Of a stretch of DNA of 64,000 nt, positions 36,902 through 50,823 are shown piece by piece. Location: NCBI GenBank assembly GCA_002633005.1, contig NMRA01000882.1, positions 28,579 through 92,578 on the forward strand, in the 5' to 3' direction. Origin of the DNA: Phoronis australis. Lineage: Eukaryota; Animalia; Phoronida. Numbering within the stretch: position 1 is the first letter of the stretch; each line of letters starts with the position of its first letter. The translations under genes were made by a program, and so were the position numbers. Below the pieces are notes generated by a model. It searched no databases. It saw only the letters and a program-made list of their open reading frames with translations, and was not told the DNA's origin.

Positions 36902-39900
36902 ATTCTACAAGGTATTCAGCTTTTGAAGTACACTGTCTAGTTAATGAAGAATTTTTTTCTCTTATACATGGCTACGAAGAAAATTTTATTTTTATTTTTA
37001 TTTTTGATTCAGGACTTTCGGTTTCTTCGTCATAAATGAGGAACTGGCAACAGTCTACTGTAATGAATGTGCTGGCTTTCGACAAAGGTACCAACTACAA
37101 CAAAAGGCGCCTACACCAACATATTTTCGCAATGCAAGGGTTGTGTCATAAATCGTACTGCTTTATATACTTTGCTTGCGGTAAAACAAATTATGTTACT
37201 TACTCAGGCACCATATTTTATGTGTCTAATGCACATATTTGTTTTGTCTACTACTTAGTACTCAGATTAATGTGATTTCTCTGTGGTACTAATATACAAA
37301 ATTTATGCCCAATAGCATTTCTTAGTTTCATACTGAAAATCGGATGAAGACTTAAATATAATGAAACAGAACTACATGTAGTAAAGTTGCTACCAACCAA
37401 CACTCCATCAACAATAAAGTAGCTTTTAATTTATACCATTTTCCGCATCAGACCTCCTATCAGCAAGTTTCTTTATCCAGGCGAGGATGGGTTTCTTGGC
37501 TTGTAACAAATTCACGTACAGAAAATGACAATATGTGTCAAGGCAACTTGATAAACTGAGGTTTGAGCTATAACAAACTGTCAGTTCTTTCTAATTACAG
37601 GAATCACTAGTACTTTGAGTAAGAAATGGGCCAAGACAAGAAATAGCCAAAATCAAGAGTTGGTTTAATTGAAGGAAGGCAGGTTTATAGCAGCTTTAAC
37701 AGCAATGGCATAATCAAATTAACGAACAAAATGGATTTTCACTGCCGAAGTTTAACCTGTATAACATCAAATGCATTTCACTGCAGTAATTCTCAACACA
37801 ACAGAAATGTAAATGCAAACAAGAGTTGCTGCATGACATGTAATTAATCGAAATGTGTTTGAAGTCATGGACACTTTTATTTTAATTACGTAGTCAATTC
37901 GCACTACCACGTGGATCAACAGAAGCAGATGATGATGGCTGATAGACTCAACATGAACCAAGTTACAAGAGCACTTCAATTAAAAATCAGGTACTGTATC
38001 ACAGTTTTGGAGTCAAATGCAGGCAAACAGTGGTCAAGGATTGTTGGTTTACTTATATAAAAAATAAAATGTCAGACTTTTATGCTGCACGTTAAATGAG
38101 TAAGATCAAAAATATAGTCGTGTCCTTTTGTGTTGACAACAGTCTGTATCCACGTCAAGCTACTATGCCAAGGTAACTTTAAAATTAGTGTCAAATGTTC
38201 ACTGAAGCAGTGATAGTTCTTCTGATAGATCAAATAACATTTGTTGTCATTGCAAAGCCATTGGTCGTCAAGGCCGTGAACTGGGTGGCCCCTGGAAGTC
38301 ATATGTCAAGTTTGTGCACGCCTTGTTTTTCTCTCAAGCCTCCGCTAATTATGGACACCGGTGACACTGGAGTATAGACCTTTCTTATCCCTTGACAGCA
38401 GTTCTCTTGGATTTCTCACTGAAGTAGCTATTGAGCCTGTAAGTGTAAAATATTGTGAAAGTTAAAATATAATTGAGCCCTGAAACACTAAAACCAAAGT
38501 TACAGTGCAAAGAAAACCACCATTGGGTACAAGTAATGATAACTGTATCTATACCACCAACTGAATGCTAGTATCAACAAGTGTGAGAGGTTGCATGTTA
38601 GAAAGATGGTGCAAGAACTAATGCACGTATTGCCATTTGACTCTGTATAAATCTTCATCGCATCATAACTTTTGATGGCAATTGCAAAACACTTTGTGGT
38701 TTAGGTGGATCCTAGAGTTCTAAGACAAGAGATTGAACTCATGGCAACATGGTTATGTCCCAAGTGCTACTGAGCAGCCGGTCATATTATCATCGTCTTT
38801 TAACAAGCAAAAAGAAACCTACATTGAGAGATAATAGAGTTGCATTTTCACAGAAAATTTTCTGTGGATATAAACTCTGCTATCCGCGCAACATAACTTT
38901 TGATTTTAACTACTTTCATCATTCAGATGAGAAATAGGTTTTGGTCTTGCAAAGAACTGCCAGTTCATTATGGTTGTGACCATTTCAGGTGAATGAAATG
39001 GCATGCTGTTACACGTCAACCTATAGAAACTCTCAAGTAGTAACAGATTGCTGGAGATTTTCAAGCCCAAAATTCACACCTATTTATATCAAGGAACAAT
39101 TCGAGGTCAATATCATACTAATGGTACATGGTCTAAATGAACAGTTGGTTTTCGTGACATAAGGCATGCCTATATCTACTTTAAATTCCAATACAGCACA
39201 GAGCCTTCACAAGAGCAGACACAAACCTTTGATCCAGATTGTGATAATGCAGGTGACAAAGAAGATAAGGACAAGAGCGAACAACAGCTCTGAATCCCTG
39301 AAAGATGACAATAGTGGCATTTGTAAGAAGACATTCAGTTTAAAATTTATTCTGGGGCCTCTACACTGAAAACTCAGACGTGTATATATGAATCTGAAAC
39401 AGTGACATTGAATCGACAGATGGAATCGTAGAAGGGCAAATTTTCAAAATAAGGTGTTTAGAAAGCGTAATAGCTCCCCATACCAAACATGATGCACAAA
39501 ATTTCAACCAGCAGCTGAAGTTAATTTGCATTTATACTACAGCTGTAAGCGAACTGAAAATTTTCACATGCAAATAAGTTACATCACAAATGTTCTTTGC
39601 TCAACTGGATATTATCCAAACACAGATACATTAGAATAAAAACATCACATTGAAGAAGGGTTTACAACCTACTATAAATAACTCAAATGAAACAGTGTTT
39701 CGTGCATTTCAATGTGTATTTTCATGTTTTAATATGGAACAGCAGTGACACCATCATCTGCGAAGTGCACTCATCCTTCAAAAATATCTCTAACATTTGT
39801 CTGGTAAGCTGCTTGGCTGTATTCATAAGTTTATGTGAAAAAGTCTAGGTCCAAGCATTTTTTTAGTAAAAAAGCTCGCTACAGAGGTTTAGTTTAAAAA

Positions 39901-42785
39901 CGCAGATGTAAACGTTTTGATCTATGTATTTTTGTGTGGGGAGTTGCTGGTGCACTGCAAGGTGGTAGGGGTAATGCATTGCCGGAATCACAGACATCCC
40001 GAAATATTGGGAACCCCATTTTGGACACCCAATTTTTGAAATCCTGGGTGAATCCCTTAATAGAAATTGAACAGGCTTTAAACAAGGCATGTTTAAATAC
40101 TGTAAACAAAACAGTGATATCTTTTATTAGGATTGTGAGTTGTGAGTTGAATAAAATGTGAAATGTCACTCCATGAGATTTTAAGGAAATGAATGAAACA
40201 ATACCTTAAGGTTTCTTCAGGTGATGACCAGTATGGGACTCTTGCAAATAAGTTTGTAGAGGGCGTTATCTAAACCACTCATTCTGAAAGTACAGATGAT
40301 GAAGGAGGGTTTAAATACAATTTGACTCATTTTACCAGGAGAAATCACAAGATTTAAGAATGTACTTTCAGTCAATTTGTCACACCTTTATGCTTAAAAC
40401 AGCTTTGATTTAATTACCAGAAGGCAAAATGTGTAGCTGAGATAGCATTATTCTAAACTGACAGCGACTTTTAAGTCTCTTAAAAGAGACTTATAATTGA
40501 TGAAAATTCCGGCTTACGTTAAAGCTCATAGCCTAATCTCTGTATTCGATACACAACTCGAAAATTGAGCAATTCCATGTCATGAGCAAACCTAAGATTT
40601 GCACTCCAATCACGTGATTTGACTGGCTAATTTTTTGAGCTTCTGAGTTCAAGTAATGTGCCTGGACGACGCAGATTGCAAGTAACCATTTTCTCCTAAC
40701 CTGCACAGTCTAAGATGAAAATACAGAGAAAAGTGGCCAGCAATAACTGAATAAATTTAGCACACCTATTCTTTATATTAAAACTTAATGGAATTAGAAA
40801 GATCGACTTACGGTTACACGGGCCCCTGTAGGTGTTCAATATTCTCCTAACTGGAAAAAATAAAGCAAAACTAAGACATTCCAAGTATCGACCAAGACTT
40901 ACCCCCACCCCCACTGTACTCAGTATTACCAACACTGATATGAGCTTTCTATTAAAGCTATTGGCGTGGCCAGGTGAAGTCGTTAACACATCCTACAAAC
41001 ATCTCCGCCACAATTCTTTATACAACCTGATACATTGTTCTGCTAGTTGAAAACTATCTAAAAACCCTTCTGTACTCGGTCTGAGCAGAGTGTCGACACG
41101 AACTGCGAAGTTAATTGAACCGTTTTTACCGGCTTCGGATCTCTAAATAAACTGTAGCTGACGATGTTGTCATCGAAGTTATTGCAACGTAGTGCAGATG
41201 CAACACTTGTACACCAGGATTTTTTAATGTTATAATTTGGGAAAATTGACATGTGCTAATGGACACAAAAACCTGTTTCTAATTCGATTAGTGACTATTT
41301 GAGCAAAATATGAGCAGCTTTTAGCGACGACACTACCCTGTAATTGTCGATGATAGCAGTGGCCACTGACAATAACTTCTTCGATGTAACCGAAGTGTAT
41401 CATTCATACTACCGTACATCACAGCATCGACGCTCCGCTTGTCTACTGCGAAGTCAACTGGCACACTTAACTTCGATTCAGGACCGAAGTTAACCCTCCG
41501 TACTGATTGTAACTCCCCAAAACATCGCCATGTTGACGTTAAAATGAAAGGGCCTTGGCAGTTTTAACTACCTGTTAAAACACTAACACGGTGTGACTAG
41601 TCCGGGTCAGCGTGAGTACTACTAGAAGTATTACTCACTATTAGAACAAAAACTGAACAGCTGATCGAATTGAGGCTCTTCAAAATGATTCGGGTCCGAC
41701 GTATGCTGACTGAGATCAGTTACCCATCAGTGAATGCTCTAACCGTGTATACATGTACGAGTCATTGAACATTTCACAAACAGCACACTTACTAACTTAT
41801 ACGTGTCCATCGAAAGCCTGGTATTGTTCATTTGTTGTAATGTAAAAACCTTCACGAGTTTGAACATTCCGTCTTGTCCTCATTGTTCCTCACCTATCGA
41901 ACAAGTCGCTTACAGGTACACGGTTTGTTGCAATGCCGCTTTTTGTACTGGCTAACACGTCTTTTTCTGAATCTCGTAGAGCAGGACGACTGCATTTCGC
42001 CTCCGGAAGTACACTACGTAGACCTACTAGACTCCGTCAATTGTATACATTCTGCTGACCTCTAGATCTGTGGCTGCGCATGCGTTGTTTTAATGTTTAT
42101 GATATGTTAAGCATCCCGGATACTAATTTTATGTACACATTTCATTAGTTTGTAGTATTTACAACGATTTTTTTCAAAATTTTTGCACGAGTTGAAAGTT
42201 AATAACTTTTTGAACTCCATGTCACATCAAAAAACCGGCTTAAACGGCGTTAAGATGATTTTTTTCTTCTATAACTCGGACCATTGACCTTAAGGGTTGG
42301 AAAAAAACAAGCCTCAAATATTTTGCTTAGCTACTAGGTGTTAGAGCAGTCTCGGTATGGTCATAGCAGCCTATGCTACACTAGTATTTTGTGCTTACCA
42401 TTTCAAAGATGTCTGGGTCCTGAATTTGTTTAGGGTTCTCAAACCAAACAGGAACTTTGTGCCAGCTGTGACACTGCTGAATTATTATACTGAGTGCATG
42501 AACTAATGAAACAACAGTAGACTGTCAAAACGTTCTGTCCGTTATTACATTCACGTCTAGTATTCTACTAACACTTCTGAGCACATTTTCTGGAATTTAG
42601 ACACATGACCTAACACCTGTCGTGATCAAGTCAACTAAGGCTACTGATGTAATAAACTACTAGATCCAATTTGAGTGCAAGAAAAAGCTCATTGCTGATA
42701 ATTTTTTCAGCCAACAACTTAAGTTTCCAGCGAAAAACTTAAGTCCATTTTTGTAAGGGAGGGCATAACGCTTAATCGTCGTGAG

Positions 42786-42825
42786 AGACCGTCCCGAGTT
42801 GGTATGGTGCAACTCGGGACGGTCT
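42786..42825. repeat. Perfect 16-bp hairpin
   Basis: AGACCGTCCCGAGTTG-GTATGGTG-CAACTCGGGACGGTCT. Confidence 0.9.
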
Positions 42826-45800
42826 GGGGTCTACAGAAAACCATAGTTCAACTGTGAGTCTACACCAATGTGATAAACGAGAGTAGTTCTACTTGCTGCG
42901 TCAGCTGCTGGTATGCTTATCTCTTTTATGATACACAATGTGCGACTGGGCAAAGCGTTTTCAAAATAATGTGGATAAATCAGTGGAGTGTGAGACCCCT
43001 GAGGTCCCTGTCAAGTCCTCACGGCAATTTTACGTTATGGGATTGTTCTAAAACGCCTAGACCCCCTTACTTCACGACCCTTTCGATACACGACCCCTTC
43101 GACAAACAGCCGACGACCCGGCACGACCAACCCTCGACCACAACCTCCTCGATCCAGCCCGGCGACACAAGTTCGACTAGATCTAAGCATGAAACAAGCG
43201 CTGACTTGCACTACTAACGTGTCGACAATCGATTCTGCAATTTTAACTTTTTGTGACAAAACAGAACTAATCTGTCAGAGTCAGTGTCACCAAAATTGAA
43301 AGCTTCATTTTTTACTTTGGTTAAGAAAAATTGAGTAAGTGCTGAGCCTAGTACCTTGTAGTTCGAAGTTGTCAGTTCCGTTTAACAGTATTCAAAGAAA
43401 GAGCCACGTGCAGCTTTCATTTGTCAGAAAACAATGTGCAGGATTATAACGTACAGACTCCCTCCCAAACAATAGGAATTCCATGTCCACGTTCATTCAA
43501 ACGGAGACTAACCCAAACACATGTACAACACGTGGTGCATTTTTCTATGTACAGATAACTAATAGCATAGAACTCAAATACCGGAATGCCAACTCCCTCA
43601 TGTTGCCCATGTATTCTAGTGTAAGACCTTGAATTTTCACCAGGCTTTCCGTGATACGTGTATTTTGCAATGTGGCAATACGGCTGTATGGTCGATTCAC
43701 ATTTGACCGAGTCTTGCAGTTGTCAAATCAATTACACAAGCTTCATTGCTTCAGGTTGTCATTTTTGTTCCTGACAGAATATTCAAGCGGAACTTCCGGC
43801 ACGGTTCTACGTTCAGATAATCAGCGGTTTCTGGGCAAAACTACGTGTAGTTTTTATGCTCGTCAATTACACTGCTACATTGTTCGTTTTTTGCACGCAC
43901 TCGTGGCCCTGGTTAATAGTCTCGGCTCGGATTTTATTGAGGTCCAACCGCGGACACATTTTCAAAAACCTATCAAAGTATATCTTATGAGTTGTTCAGG
44001 AAAAAAATTTGGTGTTAAAATCATGTTACAGAATTTTACAGAATGAAGTAAAATTTGGTTTCTGAGTGTTTATTATGCAATTACTGTATAAATGAAAAGT
44101 TTAGGCCCTACAAGTGCAGATGTTATAACCTTCGGAGAACTACTCAGTCGTGTATGCGTATCTAAATGTGACGCGTGCGGGTTCGTAAGCTTGTGTGCGT
44201 ATGTACGTACATGTACACATACTATTACTGTTTTTTGCAGTTCCTTGGTTTATTCAGTTTTACAATGTTCGTCTGCTGCACAGATATTTTATATTGATCT
44301 CCGAGAAAAAACATGATCTGTAGTTCGTACCTATAACCGTGGAATGAAATAAAAAAGTGAAACCTTAGCTTGTAAAATAATCCAATACAATAGCTATCGT
44401 ACAGTAGTGTGATTACGCACACGCCATTGCATTATTTCTCCGATAGACTAAAATAATTAAGCAAGATAATTTATAACTTTTTGCAGCACCCGCAATTTCC
44501 CACTCCACTCAAAAAAAGCCATCTGGTGCTTTGTGTGTAGCGACGAACACTTCACTCTTCGGTTCTGGCATTGGCCCAGAAATGTCCTGGTGTCACACGC
44601 GGTAGACATTATAAGCATCAAAAATTTCAGCTTGAATGAGTTTACTTCTAAATTTCTATGAGAATTCCAAAGTAATGGACTTTGCACAGTATAACTGAAA
44701 GCTACACAAACGATATCGGCCCATTTTCACATTTTTGTAAATGTCTGTGCGTCTTGCATTTTTAAAGTAAGAATGTAATTGTATTGGACGACACTAACGG
44801 CCCAACTAATGAACAAGCATAATGATGTATAACATTCAATGAAAGCCTTACTAAATTTCTTTCCTGAAAAAGTGAGCAATTTATGTTCTAAAAATCTTTT
44901 TTATATATCCAGTAGAGCTCCTCAGAATCACTGAGACTATTTCCTGCCGATTTAATCACATATACAAAACATCGTATTTCTTTTGTTGTTTTGTTGTCAT
45001 TCAACCATAAATTGATTGACGATACAAATTACTTAGTTTACTAATTAGTTAAGTAAATCTGTCTATTAGTTCACGAAGAATTTCATTGTTACACTGTGTT
45101 GATTTTTGCATTTTGATAACACTCTTGACTTTTTGAAATGAAATTATTTTTAACCTTGTCAGGTATGGAGAATGATAACTTATGAAGAAATTTAATGTTT
45201 TGTTTTGCTATAATCGTACACCATCACGAGGTGTTGAAGGGATGACTAATGTCATGACACATGTGCAGTTGGTACAAAAAAAGCTAAGTGGCAGTAAAAA
45301 GGTGACACTAATCTCGTTAACCTGGTGTCGCAGTAGAGCTCAGGTGGTGATTAACCATGTGGATAATTTCAAACATAATGTATTGCATTTTAATTTCTTT
45401 ATACTACGCCTACCAGAAGAAGTACACATGGCCGGATTCCTGAATCGCGTAATCGCAGATGAACCTTTGTTTGACAATGTTAGGGCCGATTAAACCGCAA
45501 AATACTCTTAACAGAAAGACGTTATTTGTTCCAAAGTCTTGGGTGACAAGAATTTTAAACGTTCTTTGTTCGTACTAAACAAACGTTCCAACATAGTAAG
45601 AAGAAAGTAATAATTGGAAAATCACGCACCCAAATGGTGAGAACCCGACAAAACCGAAACAAACTAATGCAAACTATTCCAGCACGGTAAAAGCTTAGCC
45701 GAGGGTCATCGCAATTGTCCTTCCAGTTGTCTAAACTCCATTTGCAAGTGACAATCCATCACCAAAAAGTTTGTCGTTATCTGACTGAATTCGAAATTAT

Positions 45801-46965
45801 GAGTTTTTTCGAGGAATCTCAACTGCTTGAAATGTAAGATGGGAGCTGGTCACAGAAGGCGATTCTCGGTATATGAATGTCTGAAAATCACGAACGGGAA
45901 AATTCATGCATATACGGTCGAACCACGGAATGCGAGAATACAAGGGACGACAATTCGTAAACAATCTTTCTCGAACCTTTGGTTGAAGTTTTCTTTTAAA
46001 TACAGGTGTTGCACTCACGAGAGTATGCAGACACAGGCGGAAGGATCTCTACCACCACCGCATTCCCTTTGCCTACCGTGGAAAATAAACAAATGAAATG
46101 GAGAGAAGAACACCGGTGAAAAGTAGATCTTTGACACCCGCACACGAGCTCACATATCTCCGCACTTGGGTGTCAGGTAGTCTCACCGCCATCCTCAGTG
46201 TTCATTAAATCATCTAATCCCGGAGCACCACAATTTCCCTTGTCTACTGGTGGAAGCCAAGGTCAACATAGCGCTTAGAAAAATCGCAACCATGACTGCG
46301 TTCAGAACAGCAAGGCTCTCACGAGAAAGACTCTAGGGTGATCACGTATTTCGTTAGTAATGCATGTCCAGCGTGCATTTCAGGATTACATCTCCGACGG
46401 GCTTCACGTTAAATCATGTATGGCATTGGCGAAGTTACGAATCTTAACATTCACAACAAAGTGTATTTCCCACACGTATTACGGGTCCCCTGCCAAGCTG
46501 GACAATGAACATCATAAAAGCTAGAAACTAATATATTCCCAAAATAACATTACATTCATGTGAAAAACATACGCAAAGAGTGAAACACTTTGAAATATTA
46601 GCAAAGGCAATCAGTGGCCGTAAAGGTATTCCGAGTGGCTTGAAATGACCTACCAAAGGCGATAGTCAAAATGATAAAATGTACACATACAACACCAAAG
46701 GGTATTCAAAACTCATATTTACCGAACAGTTACTCCAAATTCACTGAAACGACTACTGGTGTTCAAATACAGCCACACAATATCAAGGTCACCTAGCGGA
46801 TCTAAAGAAAAGAGGTTCATGTCACACTCTAGTTTGAACATATTACACAAAGTAAATAGTACGATCGAAAGCTTATGTTAGTGTTGTCAAAGGAGCGACT
46901 GCGTAAAATATTTGTTCTACTGTCATCCACACATTTAAATGAACATAAAGGACATGTTGTAGTTG

Positions 46966-47641
46966 TCAGGTCCATTTGTACAGATTTAGAGTTCCCTCGC
47001 GCGTACGTACAATACTGTCACCATAGTCTTTAAAGCGACTACTCAACTGAGCTAGATATACTTTAAATAGCCATCACGGTGGTACGACCGCCACATTATG
47101 CACTCGCTTGCATTCAGTTGCGCATGCTCATAGAAACGACCATCGGTGCCAAGTTTATAAATCACTGAAGAGTTGTTGAACTGGGGCGTCACATAATATA
47201 ACTGATCGCCAGCTTCAAAAAATGTTGCATATCCGTTGCCACGGTTGGGCAGAGTTTCTAAGTAGTCAAATCGCCTGGCTGTCTGATTCCACTTGAAAAT
47301 GGTCGGTGACTGTTTAACACTGTCATCAGTGACAGCCATGTATCGGACGTCGCTCTTAGTTCTAAATGTTGTTGGAGCAGTTTTTCCGCCAAAAATCTTG
47401 GGCATCGTTTGATAAGTACTCCATTCTGGAATGAAAATGGTGACGTCACATAATAAGTGTCACTTTTAAGAAAACTAGTTCTGTTGAGCCGTGAGAACAC
47501 ACAGGCGCATACCAGTGTTTCCTTGTCCAAACTAAGTAAAACTCTCATCTTGTAAAAAGTCTACTCGCAACATTTACGCAGCTTGACATATCTGGTGCCT
47601 GTGCTGCCATCTTCGGTGTAGATACCAAACAGAGAGATGGC
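46966..47641 (-). CDS. EAR/EPTP-repeat (TSPEAR/LGI-like) protein, 3' exons 47578-47641 and 46966-47425, with a 2-bp frameshift near 47057
   Basis: The spliced frame AISLFGIYTEDGSTGTRYVKL-Q-WSTYQTMPKIFGG..SPTIFKWNQTARRFDYLETLPNRGNGYATFFEAGDQLYYVTPQFNNSSVIYKL.. fits the EAR pattern S.IYKW...F...Q.L...G....F...G..YL; the phase-1 junction is consistent. Confidence 0.7.
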
Positions 47642-48423
47642 CTGAAATACAGCTCAGCTTGAGTAGGTCCCATTGGCAAACAAAGACTGAGGGATTGCAT
47701 GTGGTCTGCAGCAATTTTGTGAGGTTTATGACCACATACAATAGCGTCTCAAACACTTTTCGACAAAATGCCAATTCAAAATATTGTTTTTGACAAAATG
47801 TTCTCGCAAAAGGGTTAATTTGGGAGGTGAAAATTTACAAAGAATTCAAAGGATTTTCACACAGCTACGGAATTCTAGAGGATTTTCAACATTTTTGCAA
47901 TGTCTTGCTGAACTTGTAAAACTCAATTGAGATGATTTATTTTGTCAACATGATGCATGTACATTTTATCGAACTTTCCTAGAATTCATTTGAAACGACT
48001 AATAAAAACCAGCGCCTACCGAAAGGTGACATCTCTTAAACTAAACTAAAAATGACCACACTTTTAAACGTATTAATTATCGATTACTCCCCATGGACGA
48101 CGAGAAAACAATTCGTTTAATATTTTTCCTAATTACTTAAATTTCGCTTTATGTTCTCATTTTGCTTTGTCGACGTTATCATTGTGTTACTGAATGATGT
48201 CTCTTAGGACATGTATCACGCCTTTCGTAACACATGGGACATCTTCCTAGCTTCAAATTTCCTTTAAGTGGTGATAGTTATGTGCCTATGTCCGACTTTC
48301 AGTAATGAAACAAATCATTCCCAATAGAAAGCCACGTGCCTTGCTGTTTGACTGAAGTTTACTTGCGCGCGAAGGAAAGAATTGAATCGAAGGAAATACC
48401 AGAATGTTCGAAATAACGCACTG

Positions 48424-48830
48424 AATGCACTACATGTAACTAGTGAATGGCTATACAGACAATGCATTAGATATAAGAGGTGAATGGCTATACAGACAAT
48501 GCACTAGATTTAACCGGTGAATGGTTATACAGACAATGCACTAGATAAAACCAGTGAATGGTTATACAGACAATGCACTAGATTTAACCGCTGAATGGTT
48601 ATACAGACAATGCACTAGATATAACCGGTGAATGGTTATACAGACAATGCACTAGATATAACAGGTGAATGGTTATACAGACGATGCACTCGATATAACC
48701 AGTGAATGGCTATACAGACAATGCAGTACTTATACCAGTGAATGGCTGTACTGACAATGCACTACATCTATGCAGTGAATGGCAAACAGAAAATGCACTA
48801 CATTTAACCAGTGAATGTCAAAAACAGACA
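48424..48830. repeat. 37-bp minisatellite, ~11 copies
   Basis: GTGAATGGTTATACAGACAATGCACTAGATATAACC(A/G) units start at 48443, 48480, 48517, 48554 and onward. Confidence 0.95.
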
Positions 48831-48871
48831 AACTCCACGGGAAGTGATCGCGAAAGTTTACTCGAGGTTAA

Positions 48872-50197
48872 AGGCGAAGGCAACCATTTTTCATGTCACT
48901 TTTAGCACAAATAAGATTCGTTGATTATCCCAGACACATTTTTCACTTAATTACAACTTTTCGTAATTTGATTAATTTCTCGTCCTCTACTCCGGAAGTG
49001 TCGTTTTGGGAGGCAAGAGTTTTGCGCCAATTTCTTTTCATTATAGTCTGACTGTGAGAGCTGTCGAGTCAGTCATTGTTCTACCTCGGTTGTGATAAGT
49101 TCGGTCGTCGTTTTGCTTTTGCTTACGAGTCAGTCAACATGCCACGCTGTTGCTGCGTGCCGGGATGTACTCATTATCTTCTCACACGCGCTTTGGGTAG
49201 CTTGCATCGCTTTCCGAAGGATGACACACTTCGCCGTACTTGGCTAGCTCGTTCATGTGAAGAACGCAGCGCTACACGTCCACGCAACGTACAAAGCAGT
49301 GGAGGGTTACCGAATGTGTGGCAAGCATTTTCTACCGTCAGATTACGACAGAGATATGTACGCTGAATTGATGAAGGCCCCTGCGAAACAACGCCTGAAG
49401 AAGTGTACCACGTCGCTGTTGATTCCCGGCAGTGCCCCGTCGCCAACCCCGAGAAGTGAGTTTTTGAAGCGAGAAGCCTCGCCAGCTGTGGCCACTATAT
49501 ACACTGTACAGTGATTGGTGGCACTTCATCTACTGTCAGCAGTGCCTCCGAACGTACCCCATAACGTGCAATTCCGGGAACTAGCAGTGATTTGCCCTGT
49601 GCTGTTGTCTCTAGCCCAGAGCATGTAAGCAGCCCTGCAGCGATGGTCAGTAGTGGGAGAGAGGCCCAGTTCGACACCCAGTGAAGAGGACAGTTCGTCA
49701 TCCAATGAACAGATCGGTGAGCCTAAGTTTCATAAGTTTATTGTGGACTTGTATTGGAGCTATTTAGAAGGCGTCAGGTGTGTGGCGAGGTAGTCACACG
49801 GTGGGATGTAAACTGTTTGGGTGCTGAGATCACCCTCCAGTTGAAGTGTGTTGCGGGACACTCGGGCAAGTGGGACAGTTCTTCCTCTGTACTTTAGACG
49901 ATAATAAGTATGCAGCAACAGCGTGTCATGTTGACTGACTCGTAAGCAAAAGCAAACGACGACCGAACTTATCAAAACCGATGTAGAACAATGACTGACT
50001 CGACTGCTCTCACAGTCAGACTATATGAAAAGAAATTGGGGCCAAATTCTTGCCTCCCAAAACGTCACTACCGGAGTAGACGACGACTAATTAATTAAAT
50101 TACGAAAAGCTGTAAATAAGTGAAAAATATGTCTGGGATAATCAACGAACCTTATTTTTTTGCTAAAAATGACATGAAAAAAGGGTTGCCTTCGCCT
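48872..50197 (+). mobile_element. Non-autonomous Kolobok-like DNA transposon with ~290-bp TIRs
   Basis: TTAA|AGGCGAAGGCAACC ... GGTTGCCTTCGCCT|TTAA; TTAA TSD, purine-purine termini and an internal THAP match the Kolobok superfamily. Confidence 0.85.
49139..49440 (+). pseudogene. THAP domain, frameshifted
   Basis: MPRCCCVPGC..SLHRFPKDDTLRRTWL / YRMCGKHFLPSDYDRD..RLKK, split over two frames. Confidence 0.85.
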
Positions 50198-50712
50198 TTA
50201 ATGTGCAGTTTTTACTACATTAACGCATTTGTAAGTCGAAATTTTGTTTCAATGAAGGTAGCTCCATATTAAAATAATCCCATGGCCGATTTTAATGAAG
50301 ACTTCCCAATTTACCTTAAAAACGCTCTTAAGAAAGTTCTATTAATAAGTTGGTTTTGTTTTTATGCCAAATTAACTTCCCAAAACGTAAGGTATTTTTT
50401 TGTAAAAATAGCAACCAGTTCCATTTATATAACGGAAGCATAGGCCACCTAGGCACATAAAAGGATAATCCTACTATCGTTTTAGAGATAGTTGAATAGA
50501 TATTAAGTTTAGAAAGATGCAATAAAAGTCACTCAGCCATTCTGAAGAACACGTGTTCCTAACTTCCAAATAGTTCGATTTGGCCAAACCGAAAAAAAAA
50601 ATTAAAAAGTTGCAAGTATGCAAAGTCTGAGGGTTATCACTTACTTATCAATAATGATATTGCTGGCGTACTAAAAGTCCCAATATATGTAAATATTTCT
50701 CTGCTGCCTACG

Positions 50713-50823
50713 TCAAGAACTTTCTATATTTTTTGACATCACCACTCTCCTTCCTGTCACGTCGCTCGAGTCGTGGAACTCGTAACATTCCTTCCCACAG
50801 ACATCGTAAGCAGTTTTTCCTTT
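50713..50823 (-). pseudogene. Possible ankyrin C-cap exon (KGKTAYDV...)
   Basis: TTTTACAG acceptor then phase-0 KGKTAYDV, typical of the GKTALDxA motif ending ankyrin arrays; stop at 50713. Confidence 0.3.

Noticed and set aside
42765-42830. 28S rRNA fragment (CGTCGTGAGA)
   Set aside because: Only ~10 nt match; the flanks do not follow rRNA.
48424-48830. CRISPR array (37-bp repeats)
   Set aside because: Units are contiguous with no unique spacers, there are no cas genes, and the context is eukaryotic.
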